From positions 1,054,001 through 1,118,000 of the forward strand of contig LSRY02000030.1 of assembly GCA_001643675.2 (NCBI GenBank): DNA of 64,000 bases, read 5' to 3'. Under the pieces are notes generated by a model. That model ran no database searches, was not told where the DNA came from, and saw only the letters and a list, made by a program, of their open reading frames with translations. This DNA is from Monocercomonoides exilis PA203. Lineage: Eukaryota > Protista > Preaxostyla. This document shows positions 1-12,328 of this stretch, one piece after another. Position 1 is the first letter of the stretch. Each line of letters starts with the position of its first letter. The translations under genes and the position numbers were made by a program.

Positions 1-3000
1 GGAGGAGGAGGATGTTTGAATGTGGAGATGGGTGTGAATGGGGTTGTGAACATTGAAGAATGCAATTTGTCATCAGTGTGTTCAGGGGGGAGTGGGATGA
101 AAGGGGGAGGGATGAAGATATCAGTGAGGAAGGGAGGGAGTTTGGAAATGAAGAATGTGAAATATTCAGGGTGTGAAGTGCCAAGAGAGGATGTTGAGGA
201 AGGAGGGAGAGGAATGGGAGGAGGGATGTTTGTGAAGCTGGCAGATGAGATGGGAACATTTGTGATGGAAGGAATGGAATTTGAGAGATGCAATGCCTGG
301 AAAGGGAAGAACATGTTTGTGTCAGGATGGGATCTGAGAGAGATTGTGAATGAGGAGCACCTGAAATGGGAGATGAGTTTGGATGAGTTGGGATCATTGG
401 ATGAGCTGTGTGGATGGGAGAGGAAGACAACAGGAGAGGAGGGATATGTGATTCCGCTGGTTGTGTATTTGTGGAGGAACTGGAGTGGGGATGGGTTTGT
501 TTCAGTTGAGAAAGGAGGAGACTTCAGTGGGTGTGGGTATTCAGAAGCACCATGCTCATCGATTGACCACTTGATATCACTTCGATATCCAACACTTGGA
601 GGAGGGGAAACTCATATTGCCATTGTGGGGTCAGGGTTGCTGAGCCATTCCATATCATTTTCATCATCAATTTCAGATTCACCAAAAGTGGTGATTGAAG
701 GGACAAAGAAAGGGACAGGAGTGACGATCAGTGATGAAGATGAGAATGATTTGTCTGATGATGGTTCAATGATCTCCTCGAATGTGAGTCTGTCATTTGT
801 GAATGTGTCATTCACCAAGCCAGCCATCACAACCCATCATTCAGTGTTGATTGAATCATCTGGAGCAAACACATTATTGTCAGTTTCAGATTGTTCATTT
901 GGCCCAGGGAGAGGGGTGACAGAAAGTTTTGGATATTGTGTGATGAGGGTGGATGGGGGGAGTGTTGTGATTGAGGGGTGTTCGTTGAGTTTGATTTCAG
1001 AGTTGAAAGGGTTAATTGCCTTCAGTCCAAATGCACATGAGGTGACTATTCAGAATGTGAACATCTCATTTGCCGATGTGACAGAAAGAAGCCTGATTTC
1101 GATGATGGAAGAGGAAAACCAGATGAATGGAGAAAAGAAGGTGTTTTCAAATGGGAACAAACCAGTTTTGAGGGTTGTTGGATGTTCATTTGCGAACATC
1201 ACAAATGAAGGGATTGGAGTGAGTGTTGTTGATGTGGGGTCATTTGAGGATGGAGTGGAGTGTGTGATGGATGAGTGTTCGATGTCAAATTGCAAGAGTG
1301 GTTTGAGCATCGAAGGAGGGGGGATGAAAGTGGTGCTGAAGAGTGGGGAGTCAGTGTTGAAAGTGAATGGCAGCTCGTTTTCGATTTGCAAGTGCTCGAG
1401 TGAGACAGGGTGTGGAGGAGGGCTGTTTATTGATGGATCTGACCCACATGCGAATTATGGAAATGAGAGTCAGATTCCACCTCTGAATTTCAAGATTGTG
1501 AACATCCTGTTTGTGATGAATGAGGCACATGTGGGGAAAGACGTGTTTGTCAGATGCCACTCGATTGCTTACCAGATCAATGAAACACTGTTTGCACTGA
1601 ACTACAACCAGGAGTCACTGAACTCGAACAACTCGATCTGTGGGAGGGATGTTTTGAGCGAGGGAGATGTTGATCTGATTCCGCTGATCACATTCTATTA
1701 TTCGGCACAGGTGTTTGTGAGTGGGAGAGGAAGTGATGGGAGGGGGTGTGGGGCACAGAGCAACCCTTGTTCCAGTATCAACTGTGGGGTTGAGCACATC
1801 CAGGAAGGGGTGATGAATGCGATTCTGATTGATGGGGAAGGGTTTGTGAGGAAGGAGTGTGTGATTGGGGATCTGGTTGTGAATTCATTGAAAAAGACAC
1901 AGGGGATTGTTCGGTTGAATTCCAAGATTGAGATATCAGGTGAGAAGGATTGTGTGATGGAGTTTGTGAACGAATGTTCAGTGGAGAGATGCTCATTCCA
2001 GCTTGAAGATGGATTTGAATCAACTCACAATTATCTCATGAAAGTGAAGAATGGAATGACGAAAATACAAGAATGTGAATTCTTCTCTTCTTCAACAACA
2101 TTTGAGGATATGAAGTTGAACAGTTCAATTGTGAGTGTGGAAAGTGGAGAGCTGAAGATATCAGAAACAACATTCAAAGATATTCATTCAACAATGTCGG
2201 TGCTTTCATTCCATGAAGAATCGAATGTGACAATTGTTGAAACAAGAATATCAAATCTCAGATGTGAGGGAGATGTTGTGAGTGTTGGAGGGAAAGCGAA
2301 AGTGGAGATGAAAGAGATGGGAGTTGAGAATGTGACATTGTTGTTGGAGGGGTGTGTGATTGGGATGGAAGATGCTGAACAAGAGGTGAGTGTGCTGAAC
2401 AGCTCATTTGGAAGATATGTGAATTCAGTGAACAAGGGAAGAATGATGCAGATCAGGAATTCCAAGAATGTGAGGGTTGAGGCATGTGTGTTTGATGGAG
2501 AAAGAGAAGATGAAATTGTCAAGGAAGAAAACAATAGAAAAGAGGGATTGTGCAAATGGAATGGGTCATTGGTTGATGTTGAGAAGAGCAATGCGGAGAT
2601 GAGGGAAACAACGATTATGAAGAGCAAGGGAGGTGGGCTGTGGGTGAGTGGAGGGAATGTGAAGATTGAGAAGGGAGAGTTTGAGAACAACAACCCATCG
2701 ATTGAGGGATATCCATCAGCTCGAAGGAATGTGATTTGTGAAGGGAATGGGGAGTTGAATGTTGTGAGTGTGAAAGGGGGAGATGGGTTGAAAGATAACT
2801 CATCATTGTGGATATTGGATGAGGGATGCGAATTGGGAGGGATAGCTTCAGAAAGAGGATCATCATTTTTCATCCCCATTTTGGAAGATGTGAAGAACAT
2901 TTCTCAACCAAATGAAAATTTGGAGTTGATGATTCATGGAAAGCTGCTTCTGCCATGCGATTTGTCAGTGAAGATGAGCATGAAAAATGGGGATGAAGAG

Positions 3001-4593
3001 GAGATTGTTAGAAAAGGGATTGAAGAAGAAGGGTTTGTGTCAGAGAATGAGATTCACTCAGTTATTTCATGTTCAGAATTGGAGAAAGTGAGAGAAGAGA
3101 CGGAAGTGAGTGTGTGGATTGTGTTTGGGAAAAGAGATTCTCATTCATCAACAGATTCGGTTATTGTGAAGAACAGGAGTGAAAGTGCTGGAAAAGGAGA
3201 TGAAAGGATTGTTGAAGGAGGGAAAGAAGGGAAGTCTTATTGGTTGTTAATAGTTATAATCATGGCAGTTATTCTATTTATTGTTCTGATTGGATTTGTT
3301 TTGTTTGTTGTCAGATGGAGAAAGCAGAAGAGAAGAACAAAGGAATTGGAGGAGATTGTGAATGACACAGTGAGGAAGGATCCGAAGGCATTTGAGATGG
3401 TGACGATGGAGATGTCACCAGAGGAGCAGTGGAGAAGAGCAGAGAAAGAGGCAGAGAAGAAGAACGAAGAGAGGATAAAGAAGAGAGTGTATGAGACGAA
3501 TATGGAACATTCAGAATCATCAGAACATCTTCTTTCTGAGAGCGGATCGACTGAATACATCCTTGGAAGAGACTCAGACAAGATTCCCGATTGGATGCTG
3601 GAGAAGGTTGATGAAAAGGAAATTGAGGTTGAGGAGACAAGAAAGAGAACACCATCACCATCAATTTCATCACGTTCAACAACAGACAGTTCAGACACAG
3701 AATCAACATTTGTTCGATCAGAGAGTCTGTGTCCAACCACTTCATCGATGTCGAATCTGGTGGATGCAATGGCCTGTTCGTCTCCTCATGAGAAGCTGAT
3801 TGTTGACTTGAGGGATTCATTGTTCATGCTACTTCATGGGCTGAATAAGACAAAGGAGATGGCAATTGGCACTCTGCAGGAGAGGGAGCAAACAGCTGCT
3901 CAGATCCTGTTCTGGGTGGCTAATCTTGCTCTCCACTCCTTTGATGAAATGGAAAATCCACTTTCTTCCCTCTCCACTCTGAGTCCTCACATTGTTCTGT
4001 TCTCCGAGCACATGGTGATCTGCATCGTGATGCATTCTGATCTCCTTTCTTCTGATGATTCAGACTCATCATCCATATCTTCATCAACAGTTGTGACATC
4101 TGCTAGCGATGATGATGATGACTCACTTCCTTCATCAGCATTTGAGGATGAGAGCCTTTTCAAAAAAGAGTGCCTGAGGTGGAAGGCGCCAGAGCTGCTG
4201 ATCAACAAGAAGATGGGAGCAACGAAGGAGTCGGTGGTGTTCTCGATTGGGATGATGCTGTGGGAGTGTTTGACACTGGAGATCCCGTTTGGGGAGTATG
4301 AAGGGGAGGTGGCAGGGCAGAAGATTGTGAATGGAGAGAGACCAAGTGCGAATGAGGGAAGAGGGAGTCCGTTGATGAATTATGCTGAGATGTGCCTGTC
4401 AGGCGATGCATCGAAACGGCCAACTCTTGTGAACATAAAGCGGCAGTTCATTTCACGCTTTCCAGGAGGCGGACCAACAATGACGATGAGCGATGCAATC
4501 GAGATTGAAGACAGCTCGGATGAGGAGGAAGCAGAAGAATGCATCACAAGGAAGAAGGACAAAAGCAGAGGATCAGAGTTGCTGAAGATGTGA
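1..4593 (+). CDS. 5'-truncated type I membrane receptor-like protein: beta-helix/GGG-repeat ectodomain, TM helix, C-terminal TKL-type pseudokinase
   Basis: 1525-aa ORF open from the window start. Repeated GGG-I/L-F and CG...PCSSI motifs; TM segment WLLIVIIMAVILFIVLIGFVLFVV followed by RWRKQKRR. Kinase C-lobe motifs LRWKAPE, VFSIGMMLWECLTLEIPF and KRPTL are present; HRD and DFG are absent. Confidence 0.85.
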   Translation, partial: GGGGCLNVEMGVNGVVNIEECNLSSVCSGGSGMKGGGMKISVRKGGSLEMKNVKYSGCEVPREDVEEGGRGMGGGMFVKLADEMGTFVMEGMEFERCNAWKGKNMFVSGWDLREIVNEEHLKWEMSLDELGSLDELCGWERKTTGEEGYVIPLVVYLWRNWSGDGFVSVEKGGDFSGCGYSEAPCSSIDHLISLRYPTLGGGETHIAIVGSGLLSHSISFSSSISDSPKVVIEGTKKGTGVTISDEDENDLSDDGSMISSNVSLSFVNVSFTKPAITTHHSVLIESSGANTLLSVSDCSFGPGRGVTESFGYCVMRVDGGSVVIEGCSLSLISELKGLIAFSPNAHEVTIQNVNISFADVTERSLISMMEEENQMNGEKKVFSNGNKPVLRVVGCSFANITNEGIGVSVVDVGSFEDGVECVMDECSMSNCKSGLSIEGGGMKVVLKSGESVLKVNGSSFSICKCSSETGCGGGLFIDGSDPHANYGNESQIPPLNFKIVNILFVMNEAHVGKDVFVRCHSIAYQINETLFALNYNQESLNSNNSICGRDVLSEGDVDLIPLITFYYSAQVFVSGRGSDGRGCGAQSNPCSSINCGVEHIQEGVMNAILIDGEGFVRKECVIGDLVVNSLKKTQGIVRLNSKIEISGEKDCVMEFVNECSVERCSFQLEDGFESTHNYLMKVKNGMTKIQECEFFSSSTTFEDMKLNSSIVSVESGELKISETTFKDIHSTMSVLSFHEESNVTIVETRISNLRCEGDVVSVGGKAKVEMKEMGVENVTLLLEGCVIGMEDAEQEVSVLNSSFGRYVNSVNKGRMMQIRNSKNVRVEACVFDGEREDEIVKEENNRKEGLCKWNGSLVDVEKSNAEMRETTIMKSKGGGLWVSGGNVKIEKGEFENNNPSIEGYPSARRNVICEGNGELNVVSVKGGDGLKDNSSLWILDEGCELGGIASERGSSFFIPILEDVKNISQPNENLELMIHGKLLLPCDLSVKMSMKNGDEEEIVRKGIEEEGFVSENEIHSVISCSELEKVREETEVSVWIVFGKRDSHSSTDSVIVKNRSESAGKGDERIVEGGKEGKSYWLLIVIIMAVILFIVLIGFVLFVVRWRKQKRRTKELEEIVNDTVRKDPKAFEMVTMEMSPEEQWRRAEKEAEKKNEERIKKRVYETNMEHSESSEHLLSESGSTEYILGRDSDKIPDWMLEKVDEKEIEVEETRKRTPSPSISSRSTTDSSDTESTFVRSESLCPTTSSMSNLVDAMACSSPHEKLIVDLRDSLFMLLHGLNKTKEMAIGTLQEREQTAAQILFWVANLALHSFDEMENPLSSLSTLSPHIVLFSEHMVICIVMHSDLLSSDDSDSSSISSSTVVTSASDDDDDSLPSSAFEDESLFKKECLRWKAPELLINKKMGATKESVVFSIGMMLWECLTLEIPFGEYEGEVAGQKIVNGERPSANEGRGSPLMNYAEMCLSGDASKRPTLVNIKRQFISRFPGGGPTMTMSDAIEIEDSSDEEEAEECITRKKDKSRGSELLKM

Positions 4594-5836
4594 TGTGCTC
4601 AGAATAGACATGAGGATGGTAAATTCACAATGGAGGAAATGAAGCGATCTTTCAGGGGAGCAAATCCAGTGGTGCTTGGAGCGTGAAAGCGATGATGAAG
4701 AAGAGCAGAAGAGACCAGATGAATGATGAATGGATTGGATGAAAAGCCTGAAACTCTTTTCTTTCTTTTCTTTTCATTTTTTTCATTTCTTTTTATTATT
4801 GTTTTTCTTCTCCTCTCTTATTGCTTTTTTGAGTGAAAGTGTTTCAATATACCATTGTGTTCAAACATTTCTCTGGAAGAGGAGCCGATGCAACAACAAG
4901 GCAAGGGATATGTTGCAATGGATGAGTCGTCTTCATTTGTGATATTGCTGTCACACCTTTGTGATATGTTATTTTTGATGTTTATAAATAGTGAATTAAA
5001 AGTTCGAACGAAAATCGATAATGTATATTTGAGTATTGTATTTTATTGGGAATGAAGAGATTAGTTTCATAATTTTCATTATGTTTTTTTCCAGATTTTC
5101 AAATGATTGGTATATTTTGGACATATCCCTCAGACATTGAACATGTTTGTTATGTGAGAGATTACACTTCAAAATAATTCTTTTTTTCATGCTTTTGAGA
5201 AATATGAGAAGAAATTTTTGGAAAAGATGGGCTCACTGAAACAAAAAACATATCAGTTATTTTTCATAATTCAATTATTCCAAGAAAAAGCAGAAGTTTA
5301 TTGAGTTAATTATAAGCCTATTTTTTATGAAAGCAGGAAAATATTTCGTTGAAAAGTTTTTATTTGGTAAGAAAAAATTTTAACACAAAAAATGCAGAAT
5401 AAATTATCATTTTGATCAGAAACTTTCAAATAAAAATTTTTCTCTAAAAAGAGTATTTTTGAACAAAAGATAGTCCTATTTTGTGGAGAACCTTAACGAA
5501 AATTCGTATCAATTGCAAAATTGAGACTTTTTTTGAGAATAAAAAAATTGGATCTGCTTTTAATTTCAAAAGTCAAGTCTTTTTTTTCCTTTTTCTTTTA
5601 TAAGAGCATCATAGGAAATTAATCCACATGTTTCATACACAATAACGATTCTTCATTAAAAAGAAATAAGAATAATAAGATTTGCAAAAAGGAGTGATTA
5701 TTTTAGGTTTCATTGATATCCTTTTTGTTTCAATAAGCCAAAGATAGTTATGTTTAGGATTATTTCAAAATAAATTTCGATTTGGTGAAAAAATGCAAAA
5801 TTTGATCATCTCCTAACCAATATTTACATATTAAGA

Positions 5837-7955
5837 ATGTCTTGGGATAAAGCAATAAAAAAAGACATTGAAAAAACTTTGGAAAGCGATAATATATTAA
5901 TTGGAGGTGCAGCACGTTTATATCAATTTCAAAATAGTCAGTGGAGCTTTACTGGAATTTATGGCATTGTGTGTGTATTTGGAAAAGATGAATTACCATT
6001 TCTGGGTGTTATCAACATAGATTCGGCAACCCCTGTTCTTACTTATCAATATGAATGTTTGTATTTTTTTGCAATAATAAGTTGATGTTTCAATTCCATC
6101 AATTTCTTTTTAAAAAACAAAGGTTACCAAAATATGAAGCTCACTCCTTCAAACGATCAATTCCTTCATTATTTTGGAGACAATTGCTTCTTTGGATTAT
6201 TGTTTGTTGACCCAAAAGAATGTAAGGTCTTTGCTAAAGAATTTAGCTCGTTTAAGCCAAAAAACAAAGGAGGGCTGTTTAGTAGATTTAGATCAAAAAA
6301 AGAAGATATAGTTATCGGTGCTCCTCAAGACTTTTCGCATGGGCTTGGATTTTCTTCCCAAACGAGATCAATTCAGGGAATTAAACCTGAATTAAAGGAA
6401 GTGGCGAAATCTGGTGGTCTTACCGATGATGATCTTCTTACTGACAAAGATTTATTTTCATTTCTCATAATGCTTTCACAAAAATATGGACCAGATGATG
6501 AAGTGTCACAAGAGGATGCAATGCGCTATACAGATCTTGTGATGCAATGCGAAAAGAAGAAGAAAAAGAAGGAACATAGAGCAAGTAAAGCTGCTGCATC
6601 TGCAAGTGCTTCTATTCCTTCTTCTGGTACGCCAAATGCCCCACCAGGACCTCCGTCGCAAAGGGCATTGCCTTCAGCTCCTGCAAAACCTCCACGCATT
6701 GGAGGTGCAGCGGGCACCGGAAACCAAAGTGTGGGAGGTGTGAAAAATATGTATATTCAATTGTATTTTCTTCATTTGTGCTTGAAATAAATTCTTCAAA
6801 TATTTTTCTGCCATTCTGACACATGGCAATCGTCATGCCTGTTTTGAATGCCTCAATTGGGCTGCAGGAGGCCCACCAGTTCCTCGCATGCCTCCGCCAC
6901 AGCCAAAGAGCAAGCCTCCTTTCCCGTCTCCTTCGCAGCACTTCACTGGAAACGGGGCGCCAACACGGCCACCACCTCTGAATGCTCCGCCCGCTCCTGC
7001 AGGCGGAAGACCAAGCCCGTCTTCGTCGGCGTATTCGTCCCCAACGCAGTCACCTGCTCCTTCTTCGTCTTCTTCTCCTTCATCATCGGCCCAGCCAATG
7101 CAGCCGCCTGCTGGCTTTGGATCACTTGACACATCCGCATCGACGCCTTCTTCGTCTTCCATTCCAGTCGCCCCGCCGCTTCCTTCCGCCACGTCTTCTC
7201 CTGCCTCTTCTTCCATCCCTGTTGCTCCGCCTCTCCCGTCTCCATCCGCTGTTCCTTCTGGCAGCGTTCCCGTTGCCCCGCCGCTTCCCTCTCCCACACA
7301 AACCTCTCCTGCACCAGCCACAAAGCCTGATGTGCCTCGTTTTTCGTCTGCTACTCTGCCTGCTGCTGGCCTCTCCTCCACCACAAAGGAGCCCGGACGA
7401 GCACTTCCTGTCTCGCCTGACGTGCACTCCAGCTTCCTGGCGGGTATTCAGACATTCGACCCCCGCAAGCTGAAGAAGATACAGCCGAACGAGCGGCCGA
7501 AGGCAGCAGACACGATGCCTGCGAATAAACTGGCGTCTTCGCTGTATGCCGTTTTGCAGCAGAGAAGAAGGTGTGTGAATATGAACTTGATTGTGGAGGG
7601 ATGAGAAAGTTGTTGTTTTGGAGGGGGGAAAATGAAAAGAAAATAGAAAAATATAGAGGATAAAGATTGAAATAAATGAATCGTTTGAAAGAGATAAACA
7701 ATGAAAATGAAATATGTTGAATCCTCTTTGTAATACAAAATGAGAGAATTTTGTTAAATATATACATTGTGCTGTGATTTGTATTTTGTATCTTTTTTAC
7801 CCATGTTTATTTTTTTCATTTTTTGTTATAAACCGCCTTTTTTATAATTAACATATTGCATTTTCTATTGATACAGAGCAATCATTCCAGACGATGACGA
7901 CAGCTGCAGTGACAGCGACAGCGATAGCGATAGCGACTCTTCAGATGGAAAATAA
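5837..7955 (+). CDS. WASP-like actin nucleation-promoting factor (WH1-CRIB-polyPro-WH2-C-A), 4 exons
   Basis: GT-AG introns 6057-6122, 6738-6867 and 7571-7876 join in frame. WH1 (ARLYQFQNSQWSFTGIYG...HYFGDNCFFGLLF), CRIB (IGAPQDFSHGLGF), Pro-rich tracts, WH2 (FLAGIQTFDPRKLKK), C helix (LASSLYAVLQQRR), acidic tail DDDDSCSDSDSD. Confidence 0.85.
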
Positions 7956-9035
7956 ACATATTTTTTTAAAAAAAATAATGCAATTGTTATTTACTTCATT
8001 TTGTCTTCTGGTTGAACAGTTCTTGTTTATATACTTATTATTCTTTTTTTTTCTTTTTTTTAAATACTTTTTTTGCCATTTTTATCTTCGTCTTCTGCTG
8101 CTTCCTATTTCGTGCGATTGTGTGTGTAGAGTTGAAATTCAGCTGTTTCTACATTTCTATTTGTTATTTTTTATTAAATTTAAAAAAAAGAAAAAGCCTT
8201 TCTTTGTTTAGCTATCTGAACTGCTCGAGCACGCTTAGGGGATTTTATATGCGCCCTAATAGTGAGCTTGTTTCTTCATTTCAAGAATTCAGTTTCGTCT
8301 GATTTTTCTTCGCTTCAACCAAATTATGTCTTGTTCTGTTGACAAATATTTTTTTTCAAATGATTATTTTCTTTGCTCTATTTTAATTCTTTCAAACTTT
8401 TATCTTTTGTTGGAAGGCACTTTATCTTTGAATTTCACAATTTATCAACCAAATTTTTATGTATGCTCTTTTCAGCTTTTACACATTGTTACAATACATT
8501 TTTTCAGGTTCTCGGTTTTTGAGAGTTTGAAAGCGTTTTTTTGACTTCTGTTGTTCGAGTTCCTTCAAAAAGTACTTTTGTATAAATGGCAATTTGTGAC
8601 TATGGAGTGGATGTTTGAAATGAAAGAATGAAAGAAGACATCTGTCGATTTGCGATTTTAAAAGAAAAAATACAGTCATTGAAAGCAATAAAAAGAAAAA
8701 TAATCTCATGGATAAGACAAAATTATTGAAATTTCTCAGAAAGGAAAAAACAGAATGTTTCATTGCATTTTTGAAGGACTTATTTTTTCTAACAAAACAA
8801 ATTCACTCAAAAAATTAAGATTTATGTTCAGTATTTTAATTTCAATGAAGCGCAAATGAAAGGAAAAAACTGATAGATTTTTAATCTATATGAGTTGAAT
8901 GGTTGTAATGTGTTCAAAAAAGATGCACAGAAGTGAATAATGAAGATAAGCAAAGTGATGTTGAAGAATAAAAGAACACTAAATTTCAGCAAGTGAGATG
9001 AAGTTTTTTAAAGTGGAATTAAAAGTTTGTTTTAA

Positions 9036-10945
9036 TTACTGCGATGATCCTTCTTTGATAAGATCATCAATCTTCAAGATCATTCTGACCACCTGTGTCG
9101 CCAACAGAATTTGTTGTTTCTTTCCAATCATCGTCTCAAACACGTTGTTCTTCTTCATATCGCAAGATCCTGTTTCCAGGCAATCAATACCCAAAAATGG
9201 ATTCTTCTCTTTAACTTGCATGGCCTTCACTCTTCCCACCTCAGCCATTGCATCCAGCCCAGAGTTATCAGCAAGAGCAATCGGAATGCTCTCCAAGGCA
9301 TCGGCAAATGCTCGCATAGCATATTGCATCTGAGACTTCTCACGGTCAGCCACTTCCTGCACATGGAGTGACATGGCTATCTCAGCTGCACCTCCACCGT
9401 AGATGATACGATGGTCTCTGATAAGGTTGCGAGTGACACACACTGCATCGTGGATGGAACGCTTTGTCTCTTCAATCATCATCTTGTTGCTTCCGCGGAT
9501 GAAGATTGTCACTGTCTTTGTGGATGGGCATCCTTCAATGCATGTCATTTCGCCATCTCCTGTGGTGCCTCCAAGCTTCATTTCTCTAACAACTCCGGCT
9601 CTTCCAAGCTTATCTGGTGTGATGTCTTCGAATCGAGGGATGATCTTGGCACCTGTCGCCATTGCAACAAGCTCAATATCTGGTCCTCCGACCCAGCGAA
9701 TTGCAGGGAGTTCATTTTTCATCAGAAGATAGTTTGCCTCATCGTCAAATCCCCACTATATTGCATCAGAGGAAGAAATTTGAAGAAGGATTGTTATGAT
9801 GTTGTTTGTGAAATATAAATAAGAGAATGCAATAAAGATAAATAGTGAGAGAGGGGTGGAAAACAACAAATAAGCATGACACAAAAGAGTTAACAGTATA
9901 AGAAAAGCAAACTTGACATATAATGAGATTTGCTCCGCTGTTCTTGCACAGCTCGACCATTTTTCTGTAATATTCTTTTTCTTCTTGTGCAAGACGCTCG
10001 TATTTCTCCTTTGTGTCAATTTCCAACTAATTCAACAAAAATAATAAAACAATTTAATATGATCAAGAAAAAAAACGATAGATCCACACATGATATGTTG
10101 TTTTTGGTTTGGGACATTCAAAAGGACATGTAAGAATTGCAATTTTTGCATTTTCGATAACTTTTGACATCTGAGGATGCGAAATTCCCTTGTCAATGAT
10201 AATGCCATGCACTAATTGAGTGTCTTCCAATCTCCCTCCAGGCTGTAAAAAAATAATTTTTAAAAATATGGAATGGAGAACAGAAAATTGAAAAAATGAT
10301 AAAAACCTTGCTTTCAATTTTGATGTGATCGAAATGAACATCTTTACGACTCCAATCACAAACAGAACACACAGCATCCACAGCAATAGATGCCATTTGC
10401 ATGCTTTGTCTATTAATGATTTTTGATGAAATGCAAGATTGGGCAGGTTTCAAAAGTGGCTCAATATGGTCTTTGTCGAATTCAATTGTATCCGCAATAG
10501 TTTCAAGATACTTGCACGCTTCTTCTGCAGCAGATGCATATCCTTCAGCAATTCTAATTGGATGAATACCTTTATCCAGTAAATGGCTTGCTTGTTCCAA
10601 TAATGAGCATGCCAAAATAGCAACTCCTGTTGTTCCATCTCCAACTTCATCATCATGAGCCATACTTAATTCCACAATTAAACGAGCAATTTCATTATCA
10701 ATATCCATTGATTCCAAAATTGTTCTTCCATCATTTGTAATTGTAACATCTCCGTCTTTTGAAATTAATGCCTTGTCCATTCCTCTAGGCCCGTAAGATG
10801 TTCTGATTGTCTGACCAAGCGCCATAGCAGAAAAGATATTGTTTTTCAGAGCGTCAATACCAGTGACTCGCTCGGAGGATGTTTGATCCTTGAGGATAAT
10901 GAATGGTTGCCCTGTTTCATCAATAAGCATTGGAATTTTTGCCAT
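9036..10945 (-). CDS. CCT5: T-complex protein 1 subunit epsilon (chaperonin CCT5), multi-exon
   Basis: [14 protein letters not shown]-terminus, [35 protein letters not shown]|[36 protein letters not shown]. Introns split the ORFs. Confidence 0.95.
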
Positions 10946-11100
10946 GTTTTACCGTCAAATTCCTTAGAATTTTTAAAAGTTTTGAGGATCAATTATTGAT
11001 CTTAACCTTTATTTGAATATAATTTTGTTGAAATGAAAATACTTAAAAATATAAAAGTTACTAATTTATATATGAAATGAATGAATGAAATGATTGTGAA

Positions 11101-12171
11101 TTATATAACATGTTTTTCTCTTTCGGCGTCTTGCTCCATTTCTTCTTTTAACTTTCTTTGCTTTTCCCTTTCAACCTTTTGTCTTGCTTCATTGTAAGCT
11201 TTTTCCAATTCCTCTCTAAATTTGGCCTGCGTACGATTTTCCTTTGCCATTTTTAGCTCATATTCGTATTGAGCCAAGGCTTTCTTTTCTTCTGCACTAT
11301 AGACTTGATTTTCTTTCCTGATACGAACTGCATTCATCTTTCTATGCCGCGATCCGCTCATCACAAATCCAACTGCCTCAAAGTGCTCGATTTGCTCGGG
11401 CGTCAATCCAATTTCTCCTCTTCGAGGAATACGCTTTCCCTTTTGAACAAATTGAGCCATTGCAGTACCTTCACCAGCCAAAAGACCATAACCATAATCA
11501 GACTCGGAAAGTTCACCACTGGCAAGTGTAGGTGCAGGCATGGGCCCAATGATAGCATCATTTTCTTCTTCAGCTTTTGCTAATCTCTTTAATTCATATC
11601 CACTTACAGCAAGAGGTTTTTGCTTAATTCTCAACGGGGGAGGAGACACTATTTCATTTGAAATGATATCTTCACCGCCATCTTTTTCTTCATTGTGCGA
11701 TTCTTTTGAATTATCATCTGGATAAAGTTTTGAATTGTTACTTTTTTCTGATTGATCATTTTCTTGCTGTTTCTCCGTAACATCGAAACGCTTTTTTGGA
11801 TGAACTTCGGAAGCAGATTTTATTGCATCATTTTGTTCAATCTGCGTTAAATTATTTGAATTATTGGTTTTTTCTTTTATGTTATGTTCTAATTGAGAAT
11901 CTTCGCCTTTTTTATTTCTTAATCAAAAAATGCAGAATTATGAATATAAGTTATTTAACAATATTTACAAATGTATAAATTTGTTTGAAAATACGATGGT
12001 AATCAGTTTCAAGATCTCTATAAATCAAGCAAACAATTTTTCAGCTTTCTTTGCTTTTTCTCGTCTTTGAAAAGCAAGAGGAGGTGATGGCGATCGAGCC
12101 CAAATATTTGGTATTTTTGCTTCTGAGCGAAGTCGAAGTCGATGCTCTCTAAAAGTCTCTGATTGAATCAT
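11101..12171 (-). CDS. NKAP: NKAP-like spliceosome-associated protein
   Basis: Conserved C-terminal block [31 protein letters not shown]...[30 protein letters not shown]. First exon from ATG 12171 carries IWARSPSPP; one intron near 11920-12035. Confidence 0.9.
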
Positions 12172-12328
12172 TAAGTGAAAAAAAATTAAATTGATTTTTT
12201 TACCATATTTTTTTATTTTTCGATTTTCAAAACAGATGTTCTTTTCTAATTGATATTGCTAATTTGAAAAATTGATTAAATTTCAACTATCCAAAAATAT
12301 TCGATTATTATCGATCTTTACCAAAAAA

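Noticed and set aside
524-4562. Many minus-strand ORFs opposite the receptor pseudokinase
   Set aside because: Antisense shadows of a long biased coding sequence.
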